Shown: positions 9,829 to 23,900 of the stretch, in pieces
Position numbering within the stretch: the stretch's first letter is position 1
Layout: the number at the start of each line of letters is the position of its first letter
From: Auanema rhodensis
Lineage: Eukaryota > Animalia > Nematoda
Assembly (NCBI GenBank): GCA_964057225.1
Contig: OZ059896.1
Location: forward strand, 21,700,001-21,764,000
Length of the DNA: 64,000 nucleotides
Direction of reading: 5' to 3'
Notes under the pieces: generated by a model
Databases searched by the model: none
Told to the model about the DNA's origin: nothing
The model's input: the letters and a program-made list of their open reading frames with translations, nothing else
Translations under genes and position numbers: made by a program

Positions 9829-12800
9829 TATATGGAAACTCAACATACACTAATGCATCATTTTTCAAACAATCATAACTAATTTTTGTATTAAGCGTTT
9901 CTCAATGTAGTATAGTGCATTTGATGCGGATTTTTAAGCTGCGTCGATCTGTGTTATCAGATTTGCGCTAGCTTAAAAATGCACCAAGATATCAACTGAT
10001 ATAAGTGCACACTTATATCCTCGATTTTCACCCTGAAGAATTAATTTTTTCGTTGAATAACATTGTCCATCGTCTTTGCCTTAAAAAAAGGAATCTAAAA
10101 ACATCTACTTTTTGCTAAATTATTCTGAAATTTTTCGAAAAAATTTTTGTCAAAATGTTTTTGGAAGCAATGTTGAGTGTACATGGAAACTCAACATACA
10201 CTAATGCATCATTTTTCAAACAATCATAACTAATTTTTGTATTAAGCGTTTCTCAATGTAATATAGTGCATTCGATGCGGATTTTCAAGCTGCGTCGATC
10301 TGTGTTATCAGATTTGCGCTAGCTTGAAAATGCACCAAGATATCAACTGATATAAGTGCACACTTATATCCTCGATTTTCACTCTGAAGAATTAATTTTT
10401 TCGTTGAATAACATTGTCCATCGTCTTTGCCTTGAAAAAAAGAATCTAAAAACATCCACTTTTTGCTAAATTATTTTGAAATTTTTCGAAAAAATTTTTG
10501 TCAAAATGTTTTTGGAAGCAATGTTGAGTGTATATGGAAACTCAACATACACTAATGCATCATTTTTCAAACAATCATAACTAATTTTTGTATTAAGCGT
10601 TTCTCAATGTAGTATAGTGCATTCGATGCGGATTTTTAAGTTGCGTCGATCTGTGTTATCAGATTTGCGCTAGCTTAAAAATGCACCAAGATATCAACTG
10701 ATATAAGTGCACACTTATATCCTCGATTTTCACCCTGAAGAATTAATTTTTTCGTTGAATAACATTGTCCATCGTCTTTGCCTTGAAAAAAGGAATCTAA
10801 AAAAATCTACTTTTTGCTAAATTATTTTGAAATTTTTCGAAAAAATTTTTGTCAAAATGTTTTTGGAAGCAATGTTGAGTGTACATGGAAACTCAACATA
10901 CACTAATGCATCATTTTTCAAACAATCATAACTAATTTTTGTATTAAGCGTTTCTCAATGTAGTATAGTGCATTCGATGCGGATTTTTAAGCTGCGTCGA
11001 TCTGTGTTATCAGATTTGCGCTAGCTTAAAAATGCACCAAGATATCAACTGATATAAGTGCACACTTATATCCTCGATTTTCACCCTGAAGAATTAATTT
11101 TTTCGTTGAATAACATTGTCCATCGTCTTTGCCTTGAAAAAAGGAATCTAAAAACATCTACTTTTTGCTAAATTATTTTGAAATTTTTCGAAAAAATTTT
11201 TGTCAAAATGTTTTTGGAAGCAATGTTGAGTGTATATGGAAACTCAACATACACTAATGCATCATTTTTCAAACAATCATAACTAATTTTTGTATTAAGC
11301 GTTTCTCAATGTAGTATAGTGCATTCGATGCGGATTTTTAAGCTGCGTCGATCTGTGTTATCAGATTTGCGCTAGCTTAAAAATGCACCAAGATATCAAC
11401 TGATATAAGTGCACACTTATATCCTCGATTTTCACCCTGAAGAATTAATTTTTTCGTTGAATAACATTGTCCATCGTCTTTGCCTTGAAAAAAGGAATCT
11501 AAAAAAATCTACTTTTTGCTAAATTATTTTGAAATTTTTCGAAAAAATTTTTGTCAAAATGTTTTTGGAAGCAATGTTGAGTGTACATGGAAACTCAACA
11601 TACACTAATGCATCATTTTTCAAACAATCATAACTAATTTTTGTATTAAGCGTTTCTCAATGTAGTATAGTGCATTCGATGCGGATTTTTAAGCTGCGTC
11701 GATCTGTGTTATCAGATTTGCGCTAGCTTAAAAATGCACCAAGATATCAACTGATATAAGTGCACACTTATATCCTCGATTTTCACCCTGAAGAATTAAT
11801 TTTTTCGTTGAATAACATTGTCCATCGTCTTTGCCTTGAAAAAAGGAATCTAAAAACATCTACTTTTTGCTAAATTATTTTGAAATTTTTCGAAAAAATT
11901 TTTGTCAAAATGTTTTTGGAAGCAATGTTGAGTGTATATGGAAACTCAACATACACTAATGCATCATTTTTCAAACAATCATAACTAATTTTTGTATTAA
12001 GCGTTTCTCAATGTAGTATAGTGCATTCGATGCGGATTTTTAAGCTGCGTCGATCTGTGTTATCAGATTTGCGCTAGCTTAAAAATGCACCAAGATATCA
12101 ACTGATATAAGTGCACACTTATATCCTCGATTTTCACCCTGAAGAATTAATTTTTTCGTTGAATAACATTGTCCATCGTCTTTGCCTTGAAAAAAGGAAT
12201 CTAAAAAAATCTACTTTTTGCTAAATTATTTTGAAATTTTTCGAAAAAATTTTTGTCAAAATGTTTTTGGAAGCAATGTTGAGTGTACATGGAAACTCAA
12301 CATACACTAATGCATCATTTTTCAAACAATCATAACTAATTTTTGTATTAAGCGTTTCTCAATGTAGTATAGTGCATTCGATGCGGATTTTTAAGCTGCG
12401 TCGATCTGTGTTATCAGATTTGCGCTAGCTTAAAAATGCACCAAGATATCAACTGATATAAGTGCACACTTATATCCTCGATTTTCACCCTGAAGAATTA
12501 ATTTTTTCGTTGAATAACATTGTCCATCGTCTTTGCCTTGAAAAAAGGAATCTAAAAACATCTACTTTTTGCTAAATTATTTTGAAATTTTTCGAAAAAA
12601 TTTTTGTCAAAATGTTTTTGGAAGCAATGTTGAGTGTACATGGAAACTCAACATACACTAATGCATCATTTTTCAAACGATCATAACTAATTTTTGTATT
12701 AAGCGTTTCTCAATGTAATATAGTGCATTCGATGCGGATTTTCAAGCTGCGTCGATCTGTGTTATCAGATTTGCGCTAGCTTAAAAATGCACCAAGATAT

Positions 12801-15800
12801 CAACTGATATAAGTGCACACTTATATCCTCGATTTTCACTCTGAAGAATTAATTTTTTCGTTGAATAACATTGTCCATCGTCTTTGCCTTGAAAAAAGGA
12901 ATCTAAAAACATCCACTTTTTGCTAAATTATTTTGAAATTTTTCGAAAAAATTTTTGTCAAAATGTTTTTGGAAGCAATGTTGAGTGTACATGGAAACTC
13001 AACATACACTAATGCATCATTTTTCAAACAATCATAACTAATTTTTGTATTAAGCGTTTCTCAATGTAGTATAGTGCATTCGATGCGGATTTTTAAGCTG
13101 CGTCGATCTGTGTTATCAGATTTGCGCTAGCTTAAAAATGCACCAAGATATCAACTGATATAAGTGCACACTTATATCCTCGATTTTCACCCTGAAGAAT
13201 TAATTTTTTCGTTGAATAACATTGTCCATCGTCTTTGCCTTAAAAAAAGGAATCTAAAAACATCTACTTTTTGCTAAATTATTTTGAAATTTTTCGAAAA
13301 AATTTTTGTCAAAATGTTTTTGGAAGCAATGTTGAGTGTATATGGAAACTCAACATACACTAATGCATCATTTTTCAAACAATCATAACTAATTTTTGTA
13401 TTAAGCGTTTCTCAATGTAGTATAGTGCATTCGATGCGGATTTTTAAGCTGCGTCGATCTGTGTTATCAGATTTGCGCTAGCTTAAAAATGCACCAAGAT
13501 ATCAACTGATATAAGTGCACACTTATATCCTCGATTTTCACCCTGAAGAATTAATTTTTTCGTTGAATAACATTGTCCATCGTCTTTGCCTTGAAAAAAG
13601 GAATCTAAAAAAATCTACTTTTTGCTAAATTATTTTGAAATTTTTCGAAAAAATTTTTGTCAAAATGTTTTTGGAAGCAATGTTGAGTGTACATGGAAAC
13701 TCAACATACACTAATGCATCATTTTTCAAACAATCATAACTAATTTTTGTATTAAGCGTTTCTCAATGTAGTATAGTGCATTCGATGCGGATTTTTAAGC
13801 TGCGTCGATCTGTGTTATCAGATTTGCGCTAGCTTAAAAATGCACCAAGATATCAACTGATATAAGTGCACACTTATATCCTCGATTTTCACCCTGAAGA
13901 ATTAATTTTTTCGTTGAATAACATTGTCCATCGTCTTTGCCTTGAAAAAAGGAATCTAAAAACATCTACTTTTTGCTAAATTATTTTGAAATTTTTCGAA
14001 AAAATTTTTGTCAAAATGTTTTTGGAAGCAATGTTGAGTGTATATGGAAACTCAACATACACTAATGCATCATTTTTCAAACAATCATAACTAATTTTTG
14101 TATTAAGCGTTTCTCAATGTAGTATAGTGCATTCGATGCGGATTTTTAAGCTGCGTCGATCTGTGTTATCAGATTTGCGCTAGCTTAAAAATGCACCAAG
14201 ATATCAACTGATATAAGTGCACACTTATATCCTCGATTTTCACCCTGAAGAATTAATTTTTTCGTTGAATAACATTGTCCATCGTCTTTGCCTTGAAAAA
14301 AGGAATCTAAAAAAATCTACTTTTTGCTAAATTATTTTGAAATTTTTCGAAAAAATTTTTGTCAAAATGTTTTTGGAAGCAATGTTGAGTGTACATGGAA
14401 ACTCAACATACACTAATGCATCATTTTTCAAACAATCATAACTAATTTTTGTATTAAGCGTTTCTCAATGTAGTATAGTGCATTCGATGCGGATTTTTAA
14501 GCTGCGTCGATCTGTGTTATCAGATTTGCGCTAGCTTAAAAATGCACCAAGATATCAACTGATATAAGTGCACACTTATATCCTCGATTTTCACCCTGAA
14601 GAATTAATTTTTTCGTTGAATAACATTGTCCATCGTCTTTGCCTTAAAAAAAGGAATCTAAAAACATCTACTTTTTGCTAAATTATTCTGAAATTTTTCG
14701 AAAAAATTTTTGTCAAAATGTTTTTGGAAGCAATGTTGAGTGTACATGGAAACTCAACATACACTAATGCATCATTTTTCAAACAATCATAACTAATTTT
14801 TGTATTAAGCGTTTCTCAATGTAATATAGTGCATTCGATGCGGATTTTCAAGCTGCGTCGATCTGTGTTATCAGATTTGCGCTAGCTTGAAAATGCACCA
14901 AGATATCAACTGATATAAGTGCACACTTATATCCTCGATTTTCACTCTGAAGAATTAATTTTTTCGTTGAATAACATTGTCCATCGTCTTTGCCTTGAAA
15001 AAAAGAATCTAAAAACATCCACTTTTTGCTAAATTATTTTGAAATTTTTCGAAAAAATTTTTGTCAAAATGTTTTTGGAAGCAATGTTGAGTGTATATGG
15101 AAACTCAACATACACTAATGCATCATTTTTCAAACAATCATAACTAATTTTTGTATTAAGCGTTTCTCAATGTAGTATAGTGCATTCGATGCGGATTTTT
15201 AAGCTGCGTCGATCTGTGTTATCAGATTTGCGCTAGCTTAAAAATGCACCAAGATATCAACTGATATAAGTGCACACTTATATCCTCGATTTTCACCCTG
15301 AAGAATTAATTTTTTCGTTGAATAACATTGTCCATCGTCTTTGCCTTGAAAAAAGGAATCTAAAAAAATCTACTTTTTGCTAAATTATTTTGAAATTTTT
15401 CGAAAAAATTTTTGTCAAAATGTTTTTGGAAGCAATGTTGAGTGTACATGGAAACTCAACATACACTAATGCATCATTTTTCAAACAATCATAACTAATT
15501 TTTGTATTAAGCGTTTCTCAATGTAGTATAGTGCATTCGATGCGGATTTTTAAGCTGCGTCGATCTGTGTTATCAGATTTGCGCTAGCTTAAAAATGCAC
15601 CAAGATATCAACTGATATAAGTGCACACTTATATCCTCGATTTTCACCCTGAAGAATTAATTTTTTCGTTGAATAACATTGTCCATCGTCTTGCCTTAAA
15701 AAAAGGAATCTAAAAACATCTACTTTTTGCTAAATTATTCTGAAATTTTTCGAAAAAATTTTTGTCAAAATGTTTTTGGAAGCAATGTTGAGTGTACATG

Positions 15801-17900
15801 GAAACTCAACATACACTAATGCATCATTTTTCAAACAATCATAACTAATTTTTGTATTAAGCGTTTCTCAATGTAATATAGTGCATTCGATGCGGATTTT
15901 CAAGCTGCGTCGATCTGTGTTATCAGATTTGCGCTAGCTTGAAAATGCACCAAGATATCAACTGATATAAGTGCACACTTATATCCTCGATTTTCACTCT
16001 GAAGAATTAATTTTTTCGTTGAATAACATTGTCCATCGTCTTTGCCTTGAAAAAAAGAATCTAAAAACATCCACTTTTTGCTAAATTATTTTGAAATTTT
16101 TCGAAAAAATTTTTGTCAAAATGTTTTTGGAAGCAATGTTGAGTGTATATGGAAACTCAACATACACTAATGCATCATTTTTCAAACAATCATAACTAAT
16201 TTTTGTATTAAGCGTTTCTCAATGTAGTATAGTGCATTCGATGCGGATTTTTAAGCTGCGTCGATCTGTGTTATCAGATTTGCGCTAGCTTAAAAATGCA
16301 CCAAGATATCAACTGATATAAGTGCACACTTATATCCTCGATTTTCACCCTGAAGAATTAATTTTTTCGTTGAATAACATTGTCCATCGTCTTTGCCTTG
16401 AAAAAAGGAATCTAAAAAAATCTACTTTTTGCTAAATTATTTTGAAATTTTTCGAAAAAATTTTTGTCAAAATGTTTTTGGAAGCAATGTTGAGTGTACA
16501 TGGAAACTCAACATACACTAATGCATCATTTTTCAAACAATCATAACTAATTTTTGTATTAAGCGTTTCTCAATGTAGTATAGTGCATTCGATGCGGATT
16601 TTTAAGCTGCGTCGATCTGTGTTATCAGATTTGCGCTAGCTTAAAAATGCACCAAGATATCAACTGATATAAGTGCACACTTATATCCTCGATTTTCACC
16701 CTGAAGAATTAATTTTTTCGTTGAATAACATTGTCCATCGTCTTTGCCTTGAAAAAAGGAATCTAAAAACATCTACTTTTTGCTAAATTATTTTGAAATT
16801 TTTCGAAAAAATTTTTGTCAAAATGTTTTTGGAAGCAATGTTGAGTGTATATGGAAACTCAACATACACTAATGCATCATTTTTCAAACAATCATAACTA
16901 ATTTTTGTATTAAGCGTTTCTCAATGTAGTATAGTGCATTCGATGCGGATTTTTAAGCTGCGTCGATCTGTGTTATCAGATTTGCGCTAGCTTAAAAATG
17001 CACCAAGATATCAACTGATATAAGTGCACACTTATATCCTCGATTTTCACCCTGAAGAATTAATTTTTTCGTTGAATAACATTGTCCATCGTCTTTGCCT
17101 TGAAAAAAGGAATCTAAAAACATCTACTTTTTGCTAAATTATTTTGAAATTTTTCGAAAAAATTTTTGTCAAAATGTTTTTGGAAGCAATGTTGAGTGTA
17201 TATGGAAACTCAACATACACTAATGCATCATTTTTCAAACAATCATAACTAATTTTTGTATTAAGCGTTTCTCAATGTAGTATAGTGCATTCGATGCGGA
17301 TTTTTAAGCTGCGTCGATCTGTGTTATCAGATTTGCGCTAGCTTAAAAATGCACCAAGATATCAACTGATATAAGTGCACACTTATATCCTCGATTTTCA
17401 CCCTGAAGAATTAACTTTTTCGTTGAATAACATTGTCCATCGTCTTTGCCTTGAAAAAAGGAATCTAAAAAAATCTACTTTTTGCTAAATTATTTTGAAA
17501 TTTTTCGAAAAAATTTTTGTCAAAATGTTTTTGGAAGCAATGTTGAGTGTACATGGAAACTCAACATACACTAATGCATCATTTTTCAAACAATCATAAC
17601 TAATTTTTGTATTAAGCGTTTCTCAATGTAGTATAGTGCATTCGATGCGGATTTTTAAGCTGCGTCGATCTGTGTTATCAGATTTGCGCTAGCTTAAAAA
17701 TGCACCAAGATATCAACTGATATAAGTGCACACTTATATCCTCGATTTTCACCCTGAAGAATTAATTTTTTCGTTGAATAACATTGTCCATCGTCTTTGC
17801 CTTGAAAAAAGGAATCTAAAAACATCTACTTTTTGCTAAATTATTTTGAAATTTTTCGAAAAAATTTTTGTCAAAATGTTTTTGGAAGCAATGTTGAGTG
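9829..17900. repeat. Satellite domain 3 (monomers 29-51): 2-mer with interspersed 3-mers
   Basis: TATATGG monomer starts (9829, 10531, 11233, 11935, 13339, 14041, 15094, 16146, 16848, 17199) and the AAAAAATCTAC variant are seen only here. Almost all monomers are ACAATC/CCAAG. Confidence 0.85.
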
Positions 17901-20900
17901 TACATGGAAACTCAACATACACTAATGCATCATTTTTCAAACGATCATAACTAATTTTTGTATTAAGCGTTTCTCAATGTAATATAGTGCATTCGATGCG
18001 GATTTTCAAGCTGCGTCGATCTGTGTTATCAGATTTGCGCTAGCTTAAAAATGCACCAAGATATCAACTGATATAAGTGCACACTTATATCCTCGATTTT
18101 CACTCTGAAGAATTAATTTTTTCGTTGAATAACATTGTCCATCGTCTTTGCCTTGAAAAAAGGAATCTAAAAACATCCACTTTTTGCTAAATTATTTTGA
18201 AATTTTTCGAAAAAATTTTTGTCAAAATGTTTTTGGAAGCAATGTTGAGTGTACATGGAAACTCAACATACACTAATGCATCATTTTTCAAACAATCATA
18301 ACTAATTTTTGTATTAAGCGTTTCTCAATGTAGTATAGTGCATTCGATGCGGATTTTTAAGCTGCGTCGATCTGTGTTATCAGATTTGCGCTAGCTTAAA
18401 AATGCACCAAGATATCAACTGATATAAGTGCACACTTATATCCTCGATTTTCACCCTGAAGAATTAATTTTTTCGTTGAATAACATTGTCCATCGTCTTT
18501 GCCTTAAAAAAAGGAATCTAAAAACATCTACTTTTTGCTAAATTATTTTGAAATTTTTCGAAAAAATTTTTGTCAAAAAGTTTTTGGAAGCAATGTTGAG
18601 TGTACATGGAAACTCAACATACACTAATGCATCATTTTTCAAACGATCATAACTAATTTTTGTATCAAGCGTTACTCAATGTAGTATAGTGCATTCGATG
18701 CGGATTTTTAAGCTGCGTCGATCTGTGTTATCAGATTTGCGCTAGCTTAAAAATGCACCGAGATATCAACTGATATAAGTTCACACTTATATCCTCGATT
18801 TTCACCCTGAAGAATTAATTTTTTCGTTGAATAACATTGTCCATCGTCTTTGCCTTGAAAAAGGAATCTAAAAACATCTACTTTTTGCTAAATTATTCTG
18901 AAATTTTTCGAAAAAATTTTTGTCAAAATGTTTTTGGAAGCAATGTTGAGTGTACATGGAAACTCAACATACACTAATGCATCATTTTTCAAACGATCAT
19001 AACTAATTTTTGTATTAAGCGTTTCTCAATGTAGTACAGTGCATTCGATGCGGATTTTTAAGCTGCGTCGATCTGTGTTATCAGATTTGCGCTAGCTTAA
19101 AAATGCACCAAGATATCAACTGATATAAGTGCACACTTATATCCTCGATTTTCACCCTGAAGAATTAATTTTTTCGTTGAATAACATTGTCCATCGTCTT
19201 TGCCTTAAAAAAAGGAATCTAAAAACATCTACTTTTTGCTAAATTATTTCGAAATTTTTCGAAAAAATTTTTGTCAAAAAGTTTTTGGAAGCAATGTTGA
19301 GTGTACATGGAAACTCAACATACACTAATGCATCATTTTTCAAACGATCATAACTAATTTTTGTATTAAGCGTTTCTCAATGTAATATAGTGCATTCGAT
19401 GCGGATTTTCAAGCTGCGTCGATCTGTGTTATCAGATTTGCGCTAGCTTAAAAATGCACCAAGATATCAACTGATATAAGTGCACACTTATATCCTCGAT
19501 TTTCACCCTGAAGAATTAATTTTTTCGTTGAATAACATTGTCCATCGTCTTTGCCTTAAAAAAAGGAATCTAAAAACATCTACTTTTTGCTAAATTATTT
19601 CGAAATTTTTCGAAAAAATTTTTGTCAAAAAGTTTTTGGAAGCAATGTTGAGTGTACATGGAAACTCAACATACACTAATGCATCATTTTTCAAACGATC
19701 ATAACTAATTTTTGTATTAAGCGTTTCTCAATGTAATATAGTGCATTCGATGCGGATTTTCAAGCTGCGTCGATCTGTGTTATCAGATTTGCGCTAGCTT
19801 AAAAATGCACCAAGATATCAACTGATATAAGTGCACACTTATATCCTCGATTTTCACTCTGAAGAATTAATTTTTTCGTTGAATAACATTGTCCATCCTC
19901 TTTGCCTTGAAAAAAGGAATCTAAAAACATCCACTTTTTGCTAAATTATTTTGAAATTTTTGGAAAAAATTTTTGTCAAAATGTTTTTGGAAGCAATGTT
20001 GAGTGTACATGGAAACTCAACATACACTAATGCATCATTTTTCAAACGATCATAACTAATTTTTGTATTAAGCGTTTCTCAATGTAGTACAGTGCATTCG
20101 ATGCGGATTTTTAAGCTGCGTCGATCTGTGTTATCAGATTTGCGCTAGCTTAAAAATGCACCAAGATATCAACTGATATAAGTGCACACTTATATCCTCG
20201 ATTTTCACCCTGAAGAATTAATTTTTTCGTTGAATAACATTGTCCATCGTCTTTGCCTTGAAAAAAGGAATCTAAAAACATCTACTTTTTGCTAAATTAT
20301 TTTGAAATTTTTCGAAAAAATTTTTGTCAAAATGTTTTTGGAAGCAATGTTGAGTGTACATGGAAACTCAACATACACTAATGCATCATTTTTCAATCGA
20401 TCATAACTAATTTTTGTATTAAGCGTTTCTCAATGTAATATAGTGCATTCGATGAGGATTTTCAAGCTGCGTCGATCTGTGTTATCAGATTTGCGCTAGC
20501 TTAAAAATGCACCAAGATATCAACTGATATAAGTGCACACTTATATCCTCGATTTTCACTCTGAAGAATTAATTTTTTCGTTGAATAACATTGTCCATCG
20601 TCTTTGCCTTGAAAAAAGGAATCTAAAAACATCCACTTTTTGCTAAATTATTTTGAAATTTTTCGAAAAAATTTTTGTCAAAATGTTTTTGGAAGCAATG
20701 TTGAGTGTACATGGAAACTCAACATACACTAATGCATCATTTTTCAAACGATCATAACTAATTTTTGTATTAAGCGTTTCTCAATGTAATATAGTGCATT
20801 CGATGCGGATTTTCAAGCTGCGTCGATCTGTGTTATCAGATTTGCGCTAGCTTAAAAATGCACCAAGATATCAACTGATATAAGTGCACACTTATATCCT

Positions 20901-23900
20901 CGATTTTCACTCTGAAGAATTAATTTTTTCGTTGAATAACATTGTCCATCGTCTTTGCCTTGAAAAAAGGAATCTAAAAACATCCACTTTTTGCTAAATT
21001 ATTTTGAAATTTTTCGAAAAAATTTTTGTCAAAATGTTTTTGGAAGCAATGTTGAGTGTACATGGAAACTCAACATACACTAATGCATCATTTTTCAAAC
21101 AATCATAACTAATTTTTGTATTAAGCGTTTCTCAATGTAGTATAGTGCATTCGATGCGGATTTTTAAGCTGCGTCGATCTGTGTTATCAGATTTGCGCTA
21201 GCTTAAAAATGCACCAAGATATCAACTGATATAAGTGCACACTTATATCCTCGATTTTCACCCTGAAGAATTAATTTTTTCGTTGAATAACATTGTCCAT
21301 CGTCTTTGCCTTAAAAAAAGGAATCTAAAAACATCTACTTTTTGCTAAATTATTTTGAAATTTTTCGAAAAAATTTTTGTCAAAAAGTTTTTGGAAGCAA
21401 TGTTGAGTGTACATGGAAACTCAACATACACTAATGCATCATTTTTCAAACGATCATAACTAATTTTTGTATCAAGCGTTACTCAATGTAGTATAGTGCA
21501 TTCGATGCGGATTTTTAAGCTGCGTCGATCTGTGTTATCAGATTTGCGCTAGCTTAAAAATGCACCGAGATATCAACTGATATAAGTTCACACTTATATC
21601 CTCGATTTTCACCCTGAAGAATTAATTTTTTCGTTGAATAACATTGTCCATCGTCTTTGCCTTGAAAAAAGGAATCTAAAAACATCTACTTTTTGCTAAA
21701 TTATTCTGAAATTTTTCGAAAAAATTTTTGTCAAAATGTTTTTGGAAGCAATGTTGAGTGTACATGGAAACTCAACATACACTAATGCATCATTTTTCAA
21801 ACGATCATAACTAATTTTTGTATTAAGCGTTTCTCAATGTAGTACAGTGCATTCGATGCGGATTTTTAAGCTGCGTCGATCTGTGTTATCAGATTTGCGC
21901 TAGCTTAAAAATGCACCAAGATATCAACTGATATAAGTGCACACTTATATCCTCGATTTTCACCCTGAAGAATTAATTTTTTCGTTGAATAACATTGTCC
22001 ATCGTCTTTGCCTTGAAAAAAGGAATCTAAAAACATCTACTTTTTGCTAAATTATTTTGAAATTTTTCGAAAAAATTTTTGTCAAAATGTTTTTGGAAGC
22101 AATGTTGAGTGTACATGGAAACTCAACATACACTAATGCATCATTTTTCAAACGATCATAACTAATTTTTGTATTAAGCGTTTCTCAATGTAATATAGTG
22201 CATTCGATGAGGATTTTCAAGCTGCGTCGATCTGTGTTATCAGATTTGCGCTAGCTTAAAAATGCACCAAGATATCAACTGATATAAGTGCACACTTATA
22301 TCCTCGATTTTCACTCTGAAGAATTAATTTTTTCGTTGAATAACATTGTCCATCGTCTTTGCCTTGAGAAAAGGAATCTAAAAACATCCACTTTTTGCTA
22401 AATTATTTTGAAATTTTTCGAAAAAATTTTTGTCAAAATGTTTTTGGAAGCAATGTTGAGTGTACATGGAAACTCAACATACACTAATGCATCATTTTTC
22501 AAACAATCATAACTAATTTTTGTATTAAGCGTTTCTCAATGTAGTATAGTGCATTCGATGCGGATTTTTAAGCTGTGTCGATCTGTGTTATCAGATTTGC
22601 GCTAGCTTAAAAATGCACCAAGATATCAACTGATATAAGTGCACACTTATATCCTCGATTTTCACCCTGAAGAATTAATTTTTTCGTTGAATAACATTGT
22701 CCATCGTCTTTGCCTTAAAAAAAGGAATCTAAAAACATCTACTTTTTGCTAAATTATTTCGAAATTTTTCGAAAAAATTGTTGTCAAAAAGTTTTTGGAA
22801 GCAATGTTGAGTGTACATGGAAACTCAACATACACTAATGCATCATTTTTCAAACGATCATAACTAATTTTTGTATCAAGCGTTTCTCAATGTAGTACAG
22901 TGCATTCGATGCGGATTTTTAAGCTGCGTCGATCTGTGTTATCAGATTTGCGCTAGCTTAAAAATGCACCAAGATATCAACTGATATAAGTGCACACTTA
23001 TATCCTCGATTTTCACCCTGAAGAATTAATTTTTTCGTTGAATAACATTGTCCATCGTCTTTGCCTTGAAAAAAGGAATCTAAAAACATCCACTTTTTGC
23101 TAAATTATTTTGAAATTTTTCGAAAAAATTTTTGTCAAAAAGTTTTTGGAAGCAATGTTGAGTGTACATGGAAACTCAACATACACTAATGCATCATTTT
23201 TCAAACGATCATAACTAATTTTTGTATTAAGCGTTTCTCAATGTAGTACAGTGCATTCGATGCGGATTTTTAAGCTGCGTCGATCTGTGTTATCAGATTT
23301 GCGCTAGCTTAAAAATGCACCAAGATATCAACTGATATAAGTGCACACTTATATCCTCGATTTTCACCCTGAAGAATTAATTTTTTCGTTGAATAACATT
23401 GTCCATCGTCTTTGCCTTGAAAAAAGGAATCTAAAAACATCTACTTTTTGCTAAATTATTTTGAAATTTTTCGAAAAAATTTTTGTCAAAATGTTTTTGG
23501 AAGCAATGTTGAGTGTACATGGAAACTCAACATACACTAATGCATCATTTTTCAAACGATCATAACTAATTTTTGTATTAAGCGTTTCTCAATGTAATAT
23601 AGTGCATTCGATGAGGATTTTCAAGCTGCGTCGATCTGTGTTATCAGATTTGCGCTAGCTTAAAAATGCACCAAGATATCAACTGATATAAGTGCACACT
23701 TATATCCTCGATTTTCACTCTGAAGAATCAATTTTTTCGTTGAATAACATTGTCCATCGTCTTTGCCTTGAGAAAAGGAATCTAAAAACATCCACTTTTT
23801 GCTAAATTATTTTGAAATTTTTCGAAAAAATTTTTGTCAAAATGTTTTTGGAAGCAATGTTGAGTGTACATGGAAACTCAACATACACTAATGCATCATT

